Positions 9,982 to 20,200 of a stretch of 64,000 nt of DNA are shown in pieces (within the stretch, counting starts at the first letter, position 1; the number at the start of each line of letters is the position of its first letter). Where the stretch lies: the NCBI GenBank assembly GCA_031409335.1, contig JANNWY010000195.1, positions 32,001 to 96,000 on the forward strand, in the 5' to 3' direction. A program made the position numbers and the translations under genes. Source of the stretch: Chthoniobacteraceae bacterium (GTDB taxonomy: Bacteria > Verrucomicrobiota > Verrucomicrobiia > Chthoniobacterales > Chthoniobacteraceae). The notes beneath the pieces were generated by a model that worked only from the letters and a program-made list of their open reading frames with translations, was not told the DNA's origin and ran no database searches.

Positions 9982-12900
9982 GGTCGGCGAGGGGCTCGTC
10001 GGGGGCGAGCGAGATGCCGCCGCGGCCGATGACGAGGAGGCTGCTGAAATCGAGCCCGAGCCGTCGCGCGCACTGCTCGCGCAGTTGCGTGGCGACATCG
10101 ACCAGCGTGCCGGGGAGGATGACGAGGCCGGCGGCGAGGTCGAGTTCGGGCGCGGCGATTTCCACGATGCCGGCGGTCGTGCCGGTCGCGGTGAGGACGC
10201 TTTCGGATGAGAAAAAATTGTCGGCCACCAGCAGGATGTTTCCTCCGCGCCCGAGGGCCGCGTTGGCGCTGATCGTGCCGTGGTCGAGAATGATGAAGAT
10301 CGGATCGACGGTGATGTTTCCGCCCGTCCCCGCGCTGCCGCCACCCAGCTCCGAGCCGGCGGTGGCGGCGAGGGTGCTGTGGTCGAGGTAGAAAAGGTCG
10401 CGCGCTGAAATGACGATGCTGCCGCCATTCGTGCCGGCGGAGGCGATGACGCTCGCGCCGCCGTGCAACTCGACGCGCCGACCGCTGAGCGTGATCGAGC
10501 CCGCGTCACCGGTCTGGGAAAAGACGGTGATCAGGCTGGCGTCGTCCAGCGTCACGGCGTCGCGCGCGGCGATCGCGATGGAACCGGCATTGCCCGTCGC
10601 CGCGTTGGCGCTGGAGATCACGGCGCTCCCGGTCATCGCGAGGCTGCCGGTTTTCAAGACCACGCTGCCCGCGGGGGCGCTGGTGTTGGATTGCGCGATG
10701 ATTCCGCCATCAACGAGCGAGTCGGCATTTCCGCGGAGCGCGATCGTCCGGGCCTCGATGTCCACACTGCCGCCGCGGCCCGTGGAGCCGACTTCCACGT
10801 TGGCGAAAATACCGCCCTCGATCGGCGTGCCGGAGGTGTCGATGCGCAGATCGCCGACGCGCAGGCGGACGCTGCCCGCATTGCCGCCGCCGAGCGTGGC
10901 CGCGGAGATGCGGCCGGAGCCGCGCAGCGAGACCGCGTCGCCGGCGATGCGGACGTTTCCGCCGCGACCCATCGCGCCGGGGCCGACGCCCGAGGAGATT
11001 CCGGTGAACAAAGGACTCCCCGTGCCATCGATGCTCAGACGCCCGGCGGACACCGTGACGGGCCCGCCGTCGCCGCGGCCCAAGGTGTCCGCGAAGATGG
11101 CTCCTCCCGCGCGCAGCGTGAGTTGGCCGGCGGTGATGCTGAGCGGACCGCCGTCGCCAATTGCGCCCGGAAAAACGCTGGAAGTAATGCCGGTGGGCAG
11201 GGGCGCGGATTCGCCGTCGATCCGCAGGACATCGGCCACCACGCGCACGCTGCCCGCCGCGCCGAGGCCGGAGGTGATCGCGGAAACTCCCGCCTGATGC
11301 CGGAGCGAAATCTCATTGATGCGGAGCACGATGTCGCCGCCGCGACCGATCCCACCTTCGCCCACTTCCGACGAGATGGTGGTGAACCCATCGCTGCCTC
11401 GCCCGTCGATCAGCAACCGGCGCGCGGAGACTTCGATGCGACCGCCATCGCCGCGGCCAAACGTGTCGGTCGAAACGAAAGCCCCACCGCGCAGCGTGAA
11501 TTCATCGACGCGCACGGCGATGGCGCCGCCGAGGCCGAAGGCTCCCTCATTCACGTCCGAGGAGATGCCGGTGAAAAAGTCGGCACCCCGCGCGTCGATG
11601 AGCAACCGGCGCGCGGCGACTTCGATGCGACCGCCATCGCCGCGGCCACAGGTGTCCGTCGAAATTGTCGCTCCACCGAGGACATTGATTTCGTCGCCGT
11701 GAATGATGAGATCGCCGCCGCGGCCGACCGCGCCCGCGTTCAAGTCCGAGGAAATCGCGGTGATGGCGTCGAGCCCCTGCCCGTCGAGATGCAGCCGCTG
11801 CGCGGAAACCGCGACCGCGCCGCCCTTGCCGCGGCCCGAATTGTCGGCGGAAATACTGCCGCCACCGATGATCGAAAGATCCCGCGCGCGGACAACGAGA
11901 TCGCCGCCATTGCCCTGCGCGGCAACATCGACTCCGGCAAAGATTCCCGTCGCCGCATCCGCCCCGCGCTGTTCGATCCGGAGCCGGTCGGCGATCACGC
12001 GCACGCTGCCGCCATCGCCGAGCGCGAAGGTATTCGAGGAAATCTGGCCGCCGCGAAAGATCGCCAGATCCCCACTTTCGACGATCACCCCGCCGCCGCG
12101 CCCGACCGCGCCCAAACCGACATCGGCGACGATGCCAGTCGTCGCGCCGGAGTCCTGCCCGTCGATCCGCAACTGCGGCGCGAAGACCGCGATGCTGCCG
12201 CCGTCGCCCTGGCCAAAAGTGTCCGCGAAGATCACGCCGCCATTTTCGATCGCGAGACTCCCGCTGCGCACGCTGATGTCGCCGCCGCGCCCGACCGCGC
12301 CGGCGCCGACCGCCGCGAGGAGGCCCGTCAGTTGATTGGAATCGCCGGCATCGATCGCCAGCGTCCCCGTCGTCACGCGAATGCTGCCGCCGTTGCCGCG
12401 ACCAAACGAGTTCGCGACAATGGCTCCCCCGGCAGTCAGCGTGAGGTGTTCACTCTTCACGATGAGATCCCCGCCATCCCCGATCGCCGCAGCATTCACC
12501 GTCGAAGTGATGCCGGTGAAAAAACCGGAGGACATCGCGTCGAGACGCAACCGCGCGGCGCGGACCGTGACGTTGCCGCCGTCTCCCTGGCCCAGGGTGT
12601 CGCCCGAAATCACGCCACCGCCAATCAACAACGCATCCGCGCTTTCCACGAAAATATTGCCCCCGCGCCCGATCGCGCCCGGCCCGACCGCCGCGAAGAT
12701 GCCCGTCTGAAGCAGCGAGCGTTCGCGGTCGATGCTCAGCCGGGTCGCCGAGACGCGGATATCGCCGCCATCGCCGATGCCAAACGTGGTCGTGGAGATG
12801 GTGCCGCCCGCGGTCATCGCGAGATCATCGGTGCGCAAATCGATATCGCCGCCACGCGCGCCACTGGGCGAATTGCTGAAGGCAAAGATGCCGGAGAAGA

Positions 12901-13894
12901 GCGCCGTGCCGCCCATGCTCAACACCGGTGCCCGCACCGTGACATCGCCGCCGCGTCCCGCGCCGACAGTCCTGGCCCCGATCTGGCCCTCGCGGAGCAC
13001 GAGCGATTCCGTGGCGCGCACATCCACCGGCCCGCCCGCCGCGCTGCCGCGATTTTCGCTGCGGATGAGCGAAGCGCCGGCGACCAGCAGCCGCCCGCCG
13101 CGGATCACGACGCGCCCGCCGCCATTGCCGTCGATGTTTGCGAACGCGCCGTTTTTCACCTCGATCGCGCCCATCGTCGGCAGCACTGCCGCGCCGGACG
13201 CCGCGAGCGCGTCGGGTGACGCAGGTACGTCGCCCGCTGCGCGAACGCTCACCAGACTGAGCCGTCCGGAAGATGCCGCGACGAGCGCACCATCGAGCGT
13301 CAGATCGCCCGCGACGATCGTGAAATCACGACCTGCGGGCACGACGAGTTGGCTGCCCGCGAGGCTGATCGGCGCGGGCGCGGGCGAGAGAAAACCGAAC
13401 GCGCTCACCGGCGCGGCAGTGAGCAGATCGTCGCCGCCGAGACGCGCGTTGAATTTGCCACCATCCGCGAGCCGCAAATAATCCGCCGTCGTGACCGCGA
13501 ACGAACCGCTGATGTCGAGCCGCGCACCCGGTCCGAAAATCACGCCCGCCGGATTGATGAGAAAAAGATTCGCGCCCGAAATCTCCGAGCGCAGCGTGCC
13601 GTCGATCGACGACGCGCTCCCATCGGTGATGCGCGCGAGGATATTCCCAATGCTCGCCGGCCCCTGAAAACTCGCGCTTTCGCCGCTGCTCAAATCGAGC
13701 TTGCTGAAGCTGTGAAAAAGATTCCCCCCGACCTGCCGCCCCGCGTCCGCCGGGATCAAAAAGCCCGGGCCGGGGAGCGAATCACTGCGACCAAAGCTGC
13801 CATCGAATCTCACCTCACCGCCCCCCGCCGCACCCGCCGCGAAGCAGGCGAACGCCGCGCTCGCGATGGGAAGGGAGCGCGGGGAAAGTTTCAA
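9923..13894 (-). CDS. TpsA2: filamentous haemagglutinin-family exoprotein (~1320 aa)
   Basis: TPS domain (GGNLFHSFSKL...NILARITDG...LFLINPAGVIFG), ~63-aa repeats, and tail LREQCARRLGLDFSSLLVIGRGG. Start is uncertain (TTG 13894 or 13948). Confidence 0.9.
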   Translation of the reverse strand: MKLSPRSLPIASAAFACFAAGAAGGGEVRFDGSFGRSDSLPGPGFLIPADAGRQVGGNLFHSFSKLDLSSGESASFQGPASIGNILARITDGSASSIDGTLRSEISGANLFLINPAGVIFGPGARLDISGSFAVTTADYLRLADGGKFNARLGGDDLLTAAPVSAFGFLSPAPAPISLAGSQLVVPAGRDFTIVAGDLTLDGALVAASSGRLSLVSVRAAGDVPASPDALAASGAAVLPTMGAIEVKNGAFANIDGNGGGRVVIRGGRLLVAGASLIRSENRGSAAGGPVDVRATESLVLREGQIGARTVGAGRGGDVTVRAPVLSMGGTALFSGIFAFSNSPSGARGGDIDLRTDDLAMTAGGTISTTTFGIGDGGDIRVSATRLSIDRERSLLQTGIFAAVGPGAIGRGGNIFVESADALLIGGGVISGDTLGQGDGGNVTVRAARLRLDAMSSGFFTGITSTVNAAAIGDGGDLIVKSEHLTLTAGGAIVANSFGRGNGGSIRVTTGTLAIDAGDSNQLTGLLAAVGAGAVGRGGDISVRSGSLAIENGGVIFADTFGQGDGGSIAVFAPQLRIDGQDSGATTGIVADVGLGAVGRGGGVIVESGDLAIFRGGQISSNTFALGDGGSVRVIADRLRIEQRGADAATGIFAGVDVAAQGNGGDLVVRARDLSIIGGGSISADNSGRGKGGAVAVSAQRLHLDGQGLDAITAISSDLNAGAVGRGGDLIIHGDEINVLGGATISTDTCGRGDGGRIEVAARRLLIDARGADFFTGISSDVNEGAFGLGGAIAVRVDEFTLRGGAFVSTDTFGRGDGGRIEVSARRLLIDGRGSDGFTTISSEVGEGGIGRGGDIVLRINEISLRHQAGVSAITSGLGAAGSVRVVADVLRIDGESAPLPTGITSSVFPGAIGDGGPLSITAGQLTLRAGGAIFADTLGRGDGGPVTVSAGRLSIDGTGSPLFTGISSGVGPGAMGRGGNVRIAGDAVSLRGSGRISAATLGGGNAGSVRLRVGDLRIDTSGTPIEGGIFANVEVGSTGRGGSVDIEARTIALRGNADSLVDGGIIAQSNTSAPAGSVVLKTGSLAMTGSAVISSANAATGNAGSIAIAARDAVTLDDASLITVFSQTGDAGSITLSGRRVELHGGASVIASAGTNGGSIVISARDLFYLDHSTLAATAGSELGGGSAGTGGNITVDPIFIILDHGTISANAALGRGGNILLVADNFFSSESVLTATGTTAGIVEIAAPELDLAAGLVILPGTLVDVATQLREQCARRLGLDFSSLLVIGRGGISLAPDEPLADLSPLASRQRAKPPLSATGR

Positions 13895-13951
13895 GGCGCG
13901 GGCATGTAGCAGATGCCGGGGCCGCGGGCAAATCCCCGCGCCGCGCAAAAC

Positions 13952-16900
13952 TCAGCGGCGCTTGCGCACCGGACCGCTCGGCAGCGGATCTTCCGGCCCG
14001 AGATCCAACCCGCCGCGACCGATCACGAGAAAGCTGCTGAAGTCCAGGCCAAGCCGCCGCGCGCACTGCTCGCGCAATTGCCTGGAGGCATCGACCAGCG
14101 CGTTGGGCAGGATGATGAGCGCGGCGGAAAGATCGAGTTCCGGCGCGACGATTTCGACGGTGCCCGCCGTCGTCCCCGTGGCAGTGATCGAAGTTTCCGA
14201 AGAGAGAAAATTGTCAGCCTGGAGAAAAATATTCCCACCCCGCCCGATCGCCGCGTCCGCTTTGATGACGCTGTGATCGAGCACCATGAATTCCGGGTCG
14301 ATGCTGATGTTCCCTCCCTGACCTCCGACGGGAGAAGGCGTGGTTCCAGCGATGGCGGTGATGCTGCTGTCGATGAGATGGATGAAATCCGGCGCGGCGA
14401 TGGTAATGCTGCCGCCGTTCAGTCCAGCACTTGCGGTGATGCCGCTGCCTTCGCGCAAGTCGATGCGGGTGCCGGAAGCGATGTTGATGTCCCCGGCGTT
14501 GGCCCGCACAGCGGAAACGCTGATGAAGCTGCCGCCGCGCATGAAAATATCCCCGTCCGCGCGCACCCGAACACTGCCGGCATTGCCGGTTCCCTCATTG
14601 GAACTGGCGATGGAAGCGCGTGAATCGAGCGCGAGCTTCCCGAGTTGCAGCCGCACCGATCCGCTCTCGCCCGCGCCGAGCGATCGCGCGGAAATGCCAG
14701 TCGAGGAATCGGACGCGCCGTTGATTTTGAGACTCCCCGCGGCGATTGAGATATCGCCGCCGCGCCCTCCTGCCCCGGTGTTCGTACTTTCCGCGCTGAT
14801 GAGCGTCGCACCGCTGCCATCGCCTTTCGTGCTCACAACCATCTCGCCAGCCGCAATCCCGACGTCGCCGCCGCGACTCGAGTTACTCGTTTGCGCAGAA
14901 ATCCGCGCGCCATTCGCGAGGGTCAACATGTTGGCTATGACATGCACGTCGCCGCCTCTGCCGGGAATGATCGGGACAAATCGCTCCGGCGGAATGTTCT
15001 CCACAATCAGCACCGAGAAAGGGAACGGGTCGGTCGCTACCACTGCTTTCGGTACGTCCGTCGAACTTCGCGTGAAGCCACCGGTGCTTAACGACCAGTT
15101 TTGGACAGTAATCGTCTCCGCCGGGTCGGATCCGCCAATGAACAACAGCCATTCGCCTTCGAAAAGAGTGCCATCGAAAACGCCGAGAAGTCCTTGCGGT
15201 TTAAAACGTCCGGTGAACGGCGCGGTGCCATTTTCAATGGGCGTTTTGGCGTTATCCGCAAGCGTTGTGTTTTCGAAACGCTGTTCCGTTCCGCCAACGC
15301 CGCTCAACAACGGAATGAAAATTTCCTGGTGAACGAGTCCCAAGGTGAGGTTTTGGGCTTGCGGAAGATCAATGGTAAACGCGATCTCGAGATCGGAAAC
15401 CTTTCTGGGTACGGGAACCTGCTCCGGGCCCGCCGTGTCGGAGGTGATGCGCGCGCCATCGAGCGCGATGCTTTTCGCGACAATGTCGAGCGTGCCGCCT
15501 GCGCCGGAGCCCGCCGTGGAAGCGGAGATGCTCGCGCCCGCACTAGCCTTGATCGAGTCGGCGCGAACGAGAATACGGCCGCCAGCGCCGCCGTTGATTC
15601 CTAGTGTGCTTTCGGCGCTGATGCTCGTGCGCTCGCCCGTCAGCGAGATGCTACTGGCGGTGATATCCGCGTTTCCCCCGAGGCCCGAGCCAAACGTGTT
15701 CACGGTGATCTGGCCGCGATCGGTGAGCACGAGCGGCCCGGCAATGCTCAAACGCAAATCGCCACCGGGACCGCCCGATTGCGGGTCGCGAGTGCTGGCA
15801 TTGATCCCCGTCAAACCCGAGGCACCCGCGCCGGAGATCCGCATGCTTCCAGCAGTGATGTCGATGCTGCCGCCCGCACCTGGGCTGAATGTCGCCGCAG
15901 TGATGAGGCCACCGCCAGTGATCGTGAGCGCGTCGCGTACGCGCAGCACGATGTTGCCGCCGCGCCCGTTGAGGCCGGGTTGCGACTCGGTGCTAATCGC
16001 GGTGAAGGACGGCAGGCCCTCACCGGCGATGCTCACGCTTTGCGCCGCGATCCCGATGTTCCCTCCCGCACCGCCGCCGCCGAAAGTGTCCGAACTAATC
16101 TTCCCGCCACCGCTGATCGAGAGAGATCCTGCAATGTCCAACTGCACGTTGCCGGCGCTAGCGCCGCTAGAGGTGTCGGCGGCGATGCCGGTTTGCGGAG
16201 CCCCTTGACCAATAATCGCGACCCGACCGGCTTTGACGAGGATGCTACCACCCGCCCCGGCATCCCCTGCAACGGTTTGAATGAGACTCCCCGTTTGGAT
16301 GTTAAGTTCGCCAGTCACGTCGAGGCGGATACTCGCGGCACCGGTGCCGGAAGAAGTTGTGCTGATTCCCGACCCCAGCCCACTGATCGAAATGCTGTCC
16401 GCGGATAGATGGAGGTCGCCGCCGCCAGAGGCGGACGCGTTGATAGAGCTGACATCCCGCAGGGTTAAAGCACCGCGAACTTTCACGTCCGCGCCGTGGA
16501 CGGGCCGACTCGCGGTGACTTCGATTTTCGAGCCTTCCATCGTCAGTCGTCCCCCGCGAATCACAACCCCAGTGGCGTTCAGAGACGCCCCGTTTTTCAT
16601 CCGAACATCGCCGCCGACCAGCGACCATTTTCCGAGGGGTGTCGGCAGTCCGGTGTCCGGGTCGGGCGGACCCTGCAACTGGCTGCCATCGACCGTGATC
16701 GGCCCGGCTCCCTTGCCAAGAAAACCGAACGCCGCCGGGGCCGCGCTCGTGAGCAGCGCGTCCGAGGGATCGCTGCGTTGCGCTTTGAAATGGCGACCGT
16801 CTTCGAGCGTGATGCGGTCGCCCGTGCTCACGGCGAATGAGCCGGTGACATCGACCGAAGCGCTCGGTCCGAAGACGACGCCTTTCGGATTCAGGAAGTA

Positions 16901-17224
16901 AAAATTCGCCCCGGCGATTTCGGATTTCAGCATTCCGTCGATCGTCGAAATGTTTCCGCCGGTGACGCGCGAGAGGATGTTCGTCACGTCCGCCGGCCCG
17001 GAGAAAGTGGCCGACTGGGTTTGGGCGAGGCTGAATTCGCTGAAGCTGTGGAACAGATTTCCGCCGACCTTTTTTCCAAGGCTCGCGGGAATCGCAAAGG
17101 CTGGGCCGGGCAGCGCCCCGGCTGCGCCGAAACTGCCGTCGGTGGCGACCTGCGCGCGGCTTGCGGACGGGAGGCCGACTGCGAGCAGTAGCAACCATCG
17201 GTAGCGAAAATTCACGTAATTCAT
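13952..17224 (-). CDS. TpsA3: filamentous haemagglutinin-family exoprotein with inserted P-domain-like module (1090 aa)
   Basis: Signal peptide (..LLLLAVGLPSASRA), TPS domain (NLFHSFSEF...NILSRVTGG...YFLNPKGVVFG), a non-repeat insert at ~14965-15430, and tail LREQCARRLGLDFSSFLVIGRGG. Confidence 0.92.
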   Translation of the reverse strand: MNYVNFRYRWLLLLAVGLPSASRAQVATDGSFGAAGALPGPAFAIPASLGKKVGGNLFHSFSEFSLAQTQSATFSGPADVTNILSRVTGGNISTIDGMLKSEIAGANFYFLNPKGVVFGPSASVDVTGSFAVSTGDRITLEDGRHFKAQRSDPSDALLTSAAPAAFGFLGKGAGPITVDGSQLQGPPDPDTGLPTPLGKWSLVGGDVRMKNGASLNATGVVIRGGRLTMEGSKIEVTASRPVHGADVKVRGALTLRDVSSINASASGGGDLHLSADSISISGLGSGISTTSSGTGAASIRLDVTGELNIQTGSLIQTVAGDAGAGGSILVKAGRVAIIGQGAPQTGIAADTSSGASAGNVQLDIAGSLSISGGGKISSDTFGGGGAGGNIGIAAQSVSIAGEGLPSFTAISTESQPGLNGRGGNIVLRVRDALTITGGGLITAATFSPGAGGSIDITAGSMRISGAGASGLTGINASTRDPQSGGPGGDLRLSIAGPLVLTDRGQITVNTFGSGLGGNADITASSISLTGERTSISAESTLGINGGAGGRILVRADSIKASAGASISASTAGSGAGGTLDIVAKSIALDGARITSDTAGPEQVPVPRKVSDLEIAFTIDLPQAQNLTLGLVHQEIFIPLLSGVGGTEQRFENTTLADNAKTPIENGTAPFTGRFKPQGLLGVFDGTLFEGEWLLFIGGSDPAETITVQNWSLSTGGFTRSSTDVPKAVVATDPFPFSVLIVENIPPERFVPIIPGRGGDVHVIANMLTLANGARISAQTSNSSRGGDVGIAAGEMVVSTKGDGSGATLISAESTNTGAGGRGGDISIAAGSLKINGASDSSTGISARSLGAGESGSVRLQLGKLALDSRASIASSNEGTGNAGSVRVRADGDIFMRGGSFISVSAVRANAGDINIASGTRIDLREGSGITASAGLNGGSITIAAPDFIHLIDSSITAIAGTTPSPVGGQGGNISIDPEFMVLDHSVIKADAAIGRGGNIFLQADNFLSSETSITATGTTAGTVEIVAPELDLSAALIILPNALVDASRQLREQCARRLGLDFSSFLVIGRGGLDLGPEDPLPSGPVRKRR

Positions 17225-17264
17225 GGTGTCGGGATCGAGGAATTTTCAGCCGGTTCCGATCTCC

Positions 17265-20200
17265 TCATGTAAGCGGCTCCCGCTTCCCACGCCGCAGAAG
17301 ACTCAGCGCTCCGAGCAACAGCAGGCTCAACGAACCGGGCTCCGGCACCGCTGGGCCGGCGGGGAGCAAGACACCTTCGCCGCTCAGGAAGTCCTCCGGC
17401 AAATCAAGCACCCCAGCGTTGTTCATATCGCCGCCGCCGTCGTCCGCGGGTGAAGGTCCCGCAGCGACCAACGTGGCCACTGCGCCGACACCGATATTGA
17501 GCGCGGTCAGAGTCTGGCTGGCTCCGAAGTTGGTCACTGCACTGACGTTCACCGTCGAGTTGGTGGCGTTGGCGTTGAGGTTCAAAATGCCGCCGGTGTT
17601 GTTGATCGTCGCGCCCGGCAGCGAAGACGTAAGCGTGGTCGTGCCCGCCAGCGTCTGGAGCGTGGCATAGCTCTGCGCCCCGCTGATGGTGACGGCACCC
17701 GCACCTTGCTTCACCACCGTGCCCGCGCCAGAGATGTCGCGGTTCATATTCCAAGTCCCATCGAGCCCGAGCGTCGCGCCCGCGGCGATCGAGACCGAAG
17801 TGGTCGCGGCGAGCGTGCCGGTCGCGCCGGAGAGGTTGAAGGTGAGCTTGCCAGCGCTGATCGTCGCCGTTCCAAAAGCGTGCGGTGCTGCGGCCACGTT
17901 ACGAATTTCCTGCGTGCCGAGACCAGTCTTCACCAGATTCAAGGGGCCACCGACTCGCGTGCGGATCAGGCCATTAAAGATGAAGTTGCTCGTGTTGTTG
18001 ATCGTCAGCGTAGCCGTCGGGGGAGCGCCGCTTTCCTGATTCTGAATGATCGAGAGCGTGTCGTCGGCGTCGGATTGAATCCCCGCGACCGTCTGGTTAA
18101 AACCACGCAACTCGAACTTGTTGTCGCGGCTCGGACCGTTGTTGAAGGTGACCACCGAAGTCGGACCAAATTGGTTCGGGGCACCCATAATCAGGAAGAT
18201 TCCGGCCTGCACGCCGGTCCCGAGCGTCACGTTTCCCGGCAGCGCGGTGCCGCCTGCGGAGCCCAGCACGAGATTGCCCTGCGAAAGCGTCGTCGTGCCG
18301 GTGAAAGTGTTGACGCCGGTGAGCGTCAGCGTGCCCGTCCCAGCCTTGGTGAGCCCACCGATGCCGGCGATCTGGCCGCCCAACGTCAGCGCGGTGGTGG
18401 TCGAGATCGTGCCCGCTCCGGTGAGGGTGAGCGCCCGGTTGGTGCTGCCGCTTGCGCCGGTGAATTGAAGCGTACCGCCGTTGAAGGTGATGTTGCTCCC
18501 CGCTCCGAGTGCGCTGGGCGAGCCGCCGTCTGCGATCGTCGGAATGCTGAGCGTGCCGAAGTTCAGGGTCATCGGCCCGGTGAAGCTGTTGGTCGTGCTG
18601 AGCGTGACGGTCCCGGTGCCGTCTTTGGTAAAGGGCAGGAATCCGGCGATCCCGTTCGATCCGGTGACGGTGTAGTTCTTCGTCGTGTTGTTGAAGCGGA
18701 TCAGCGCGGGGGTCACGTCCGCGCCGTTGATCGCCACCGCGGTGGTGGTCGCGAAGTCGCTGAAGAGCACGCTGTCGCTGGTGAGGAAGTCGGTCGTGAT
18801 CCCGTTGTTCGAGGCAAGCACCCAGTTCTTCGGCGGCCCGAGCACAGCGGTGCTCCACGCGCTGCCCAGCGCGCCGCTCCAGACGGGCGAGTCCACGGCG
18901 GTGACGTTGAGATCGATCGAAGTGTTGCCGGCGTTGTTCACCAGCGCCGCTGCGGTCCGCGGAGGAAGCGTTCCGAGGAGGAATCCGCCAAAGCCCCCGC
19001 CGCCAATGGCCCCCGTGTAGTCGATCAAGACCTGCAGGCCGAGCGCGAGCGTGCTGCCGCTCAGGTTCAATCTCACGGAGTTCGCCCCGCCGTTGGCCGC
19101 GAGACCGCCCATCGTGGTAACATTCAACCGCGAAAGCACAGAGCCGGTCGAGGCGAGGGCGACATTTGAAGGAGAGGCTGCGGCTCCGCCAAAGCTCAGC
19201 GTGCCCACGGTCAGAGTTCCCGCGCCGATGTCGCCTACACGCACGATGCTTGACGCCGCCGCGGACAATGTGCCGTTGATGGTTCCGGTACCCGCGACGG
19301 TGCCACCGACGATGACGGTCGTGAGGCTTCCCGCACCGACAGAACCGTTCACGAGAAAAGTGCCACCGTTCACATTGATCGCGCTGTTGTTCGGAAGCGA
19401 TCCGCTGAGCACGAGCGTGCCCGCGTTGACCGTGGTCGCGCCCGTGTAGGTGTTCGCGCCGGAGAGCGTCATCGTGCCCGTCCCGGCTTTCGTGACTCCG
19501 CCCGCGGCACCGCCATAGGTCACATTGGTTAGTGCAGACGAGACGAGCAGGTCGGTCGCCGCACTGCCGTCCGCCACCGTGAAGACGATCGGGCTCTGCA
19601 AGCCGAAGCTTGGAGCGTTGATCGTGGAGGTCGTTACCGAAGCGTTGGTCGTCACGGTCGATCCCGAGTTGATCGAATACACGCCGCTCGATCCATCGCC
19701 CGTGTTTCCCCCGGCAGAGGTCACGGTGCCACCCGTGAGGTTGAGACTCGGCACGGTCGTGCGGAAGTTGCCCGCTCCACCAGTGGTAACGGTGCCCCCA
19801 AGTACGTTGATGACCGAAGGCGCGCCGCCGAAAAATCCAAACGAATCCCCGATGTCCGACCGGAGCGTCGTGCTGGCGTTGACGGTCACTGCGCCTTGGC
19901 CCAGCCGACCGGTCTGGTCTCCGCCGCCGGCAGCCGCCAAGGTGCCGACCATGATGTTCACGCCTCCGGTAAACGTGTTCATACCGGCGAGTGTGAGCGT
20001 GCCGGCACCGGCTTTGACGAGGTTGGCCGCGTTGCCGGTGAAGCCGTCTTCGACCGTGCCGGACACAGTGAGCGTTCCGCCTGTGGCAACGGTGAAGTTG
20101 CGGGCCGCACCCGGCGACGACACGGCGAGGTTCACGCGGGCGGCGATCGTTGAGTTCGTCGAGGCATCGGCGGTGACATGGCCGAAAAGCCCCAGAAATC

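Noticed and set aside
2464..17224. CDI toxin/immunity system
   Set aside because: No VENN/pre-toxin motif, conserved rather than variable C-termini, and no small immunity ORFs.
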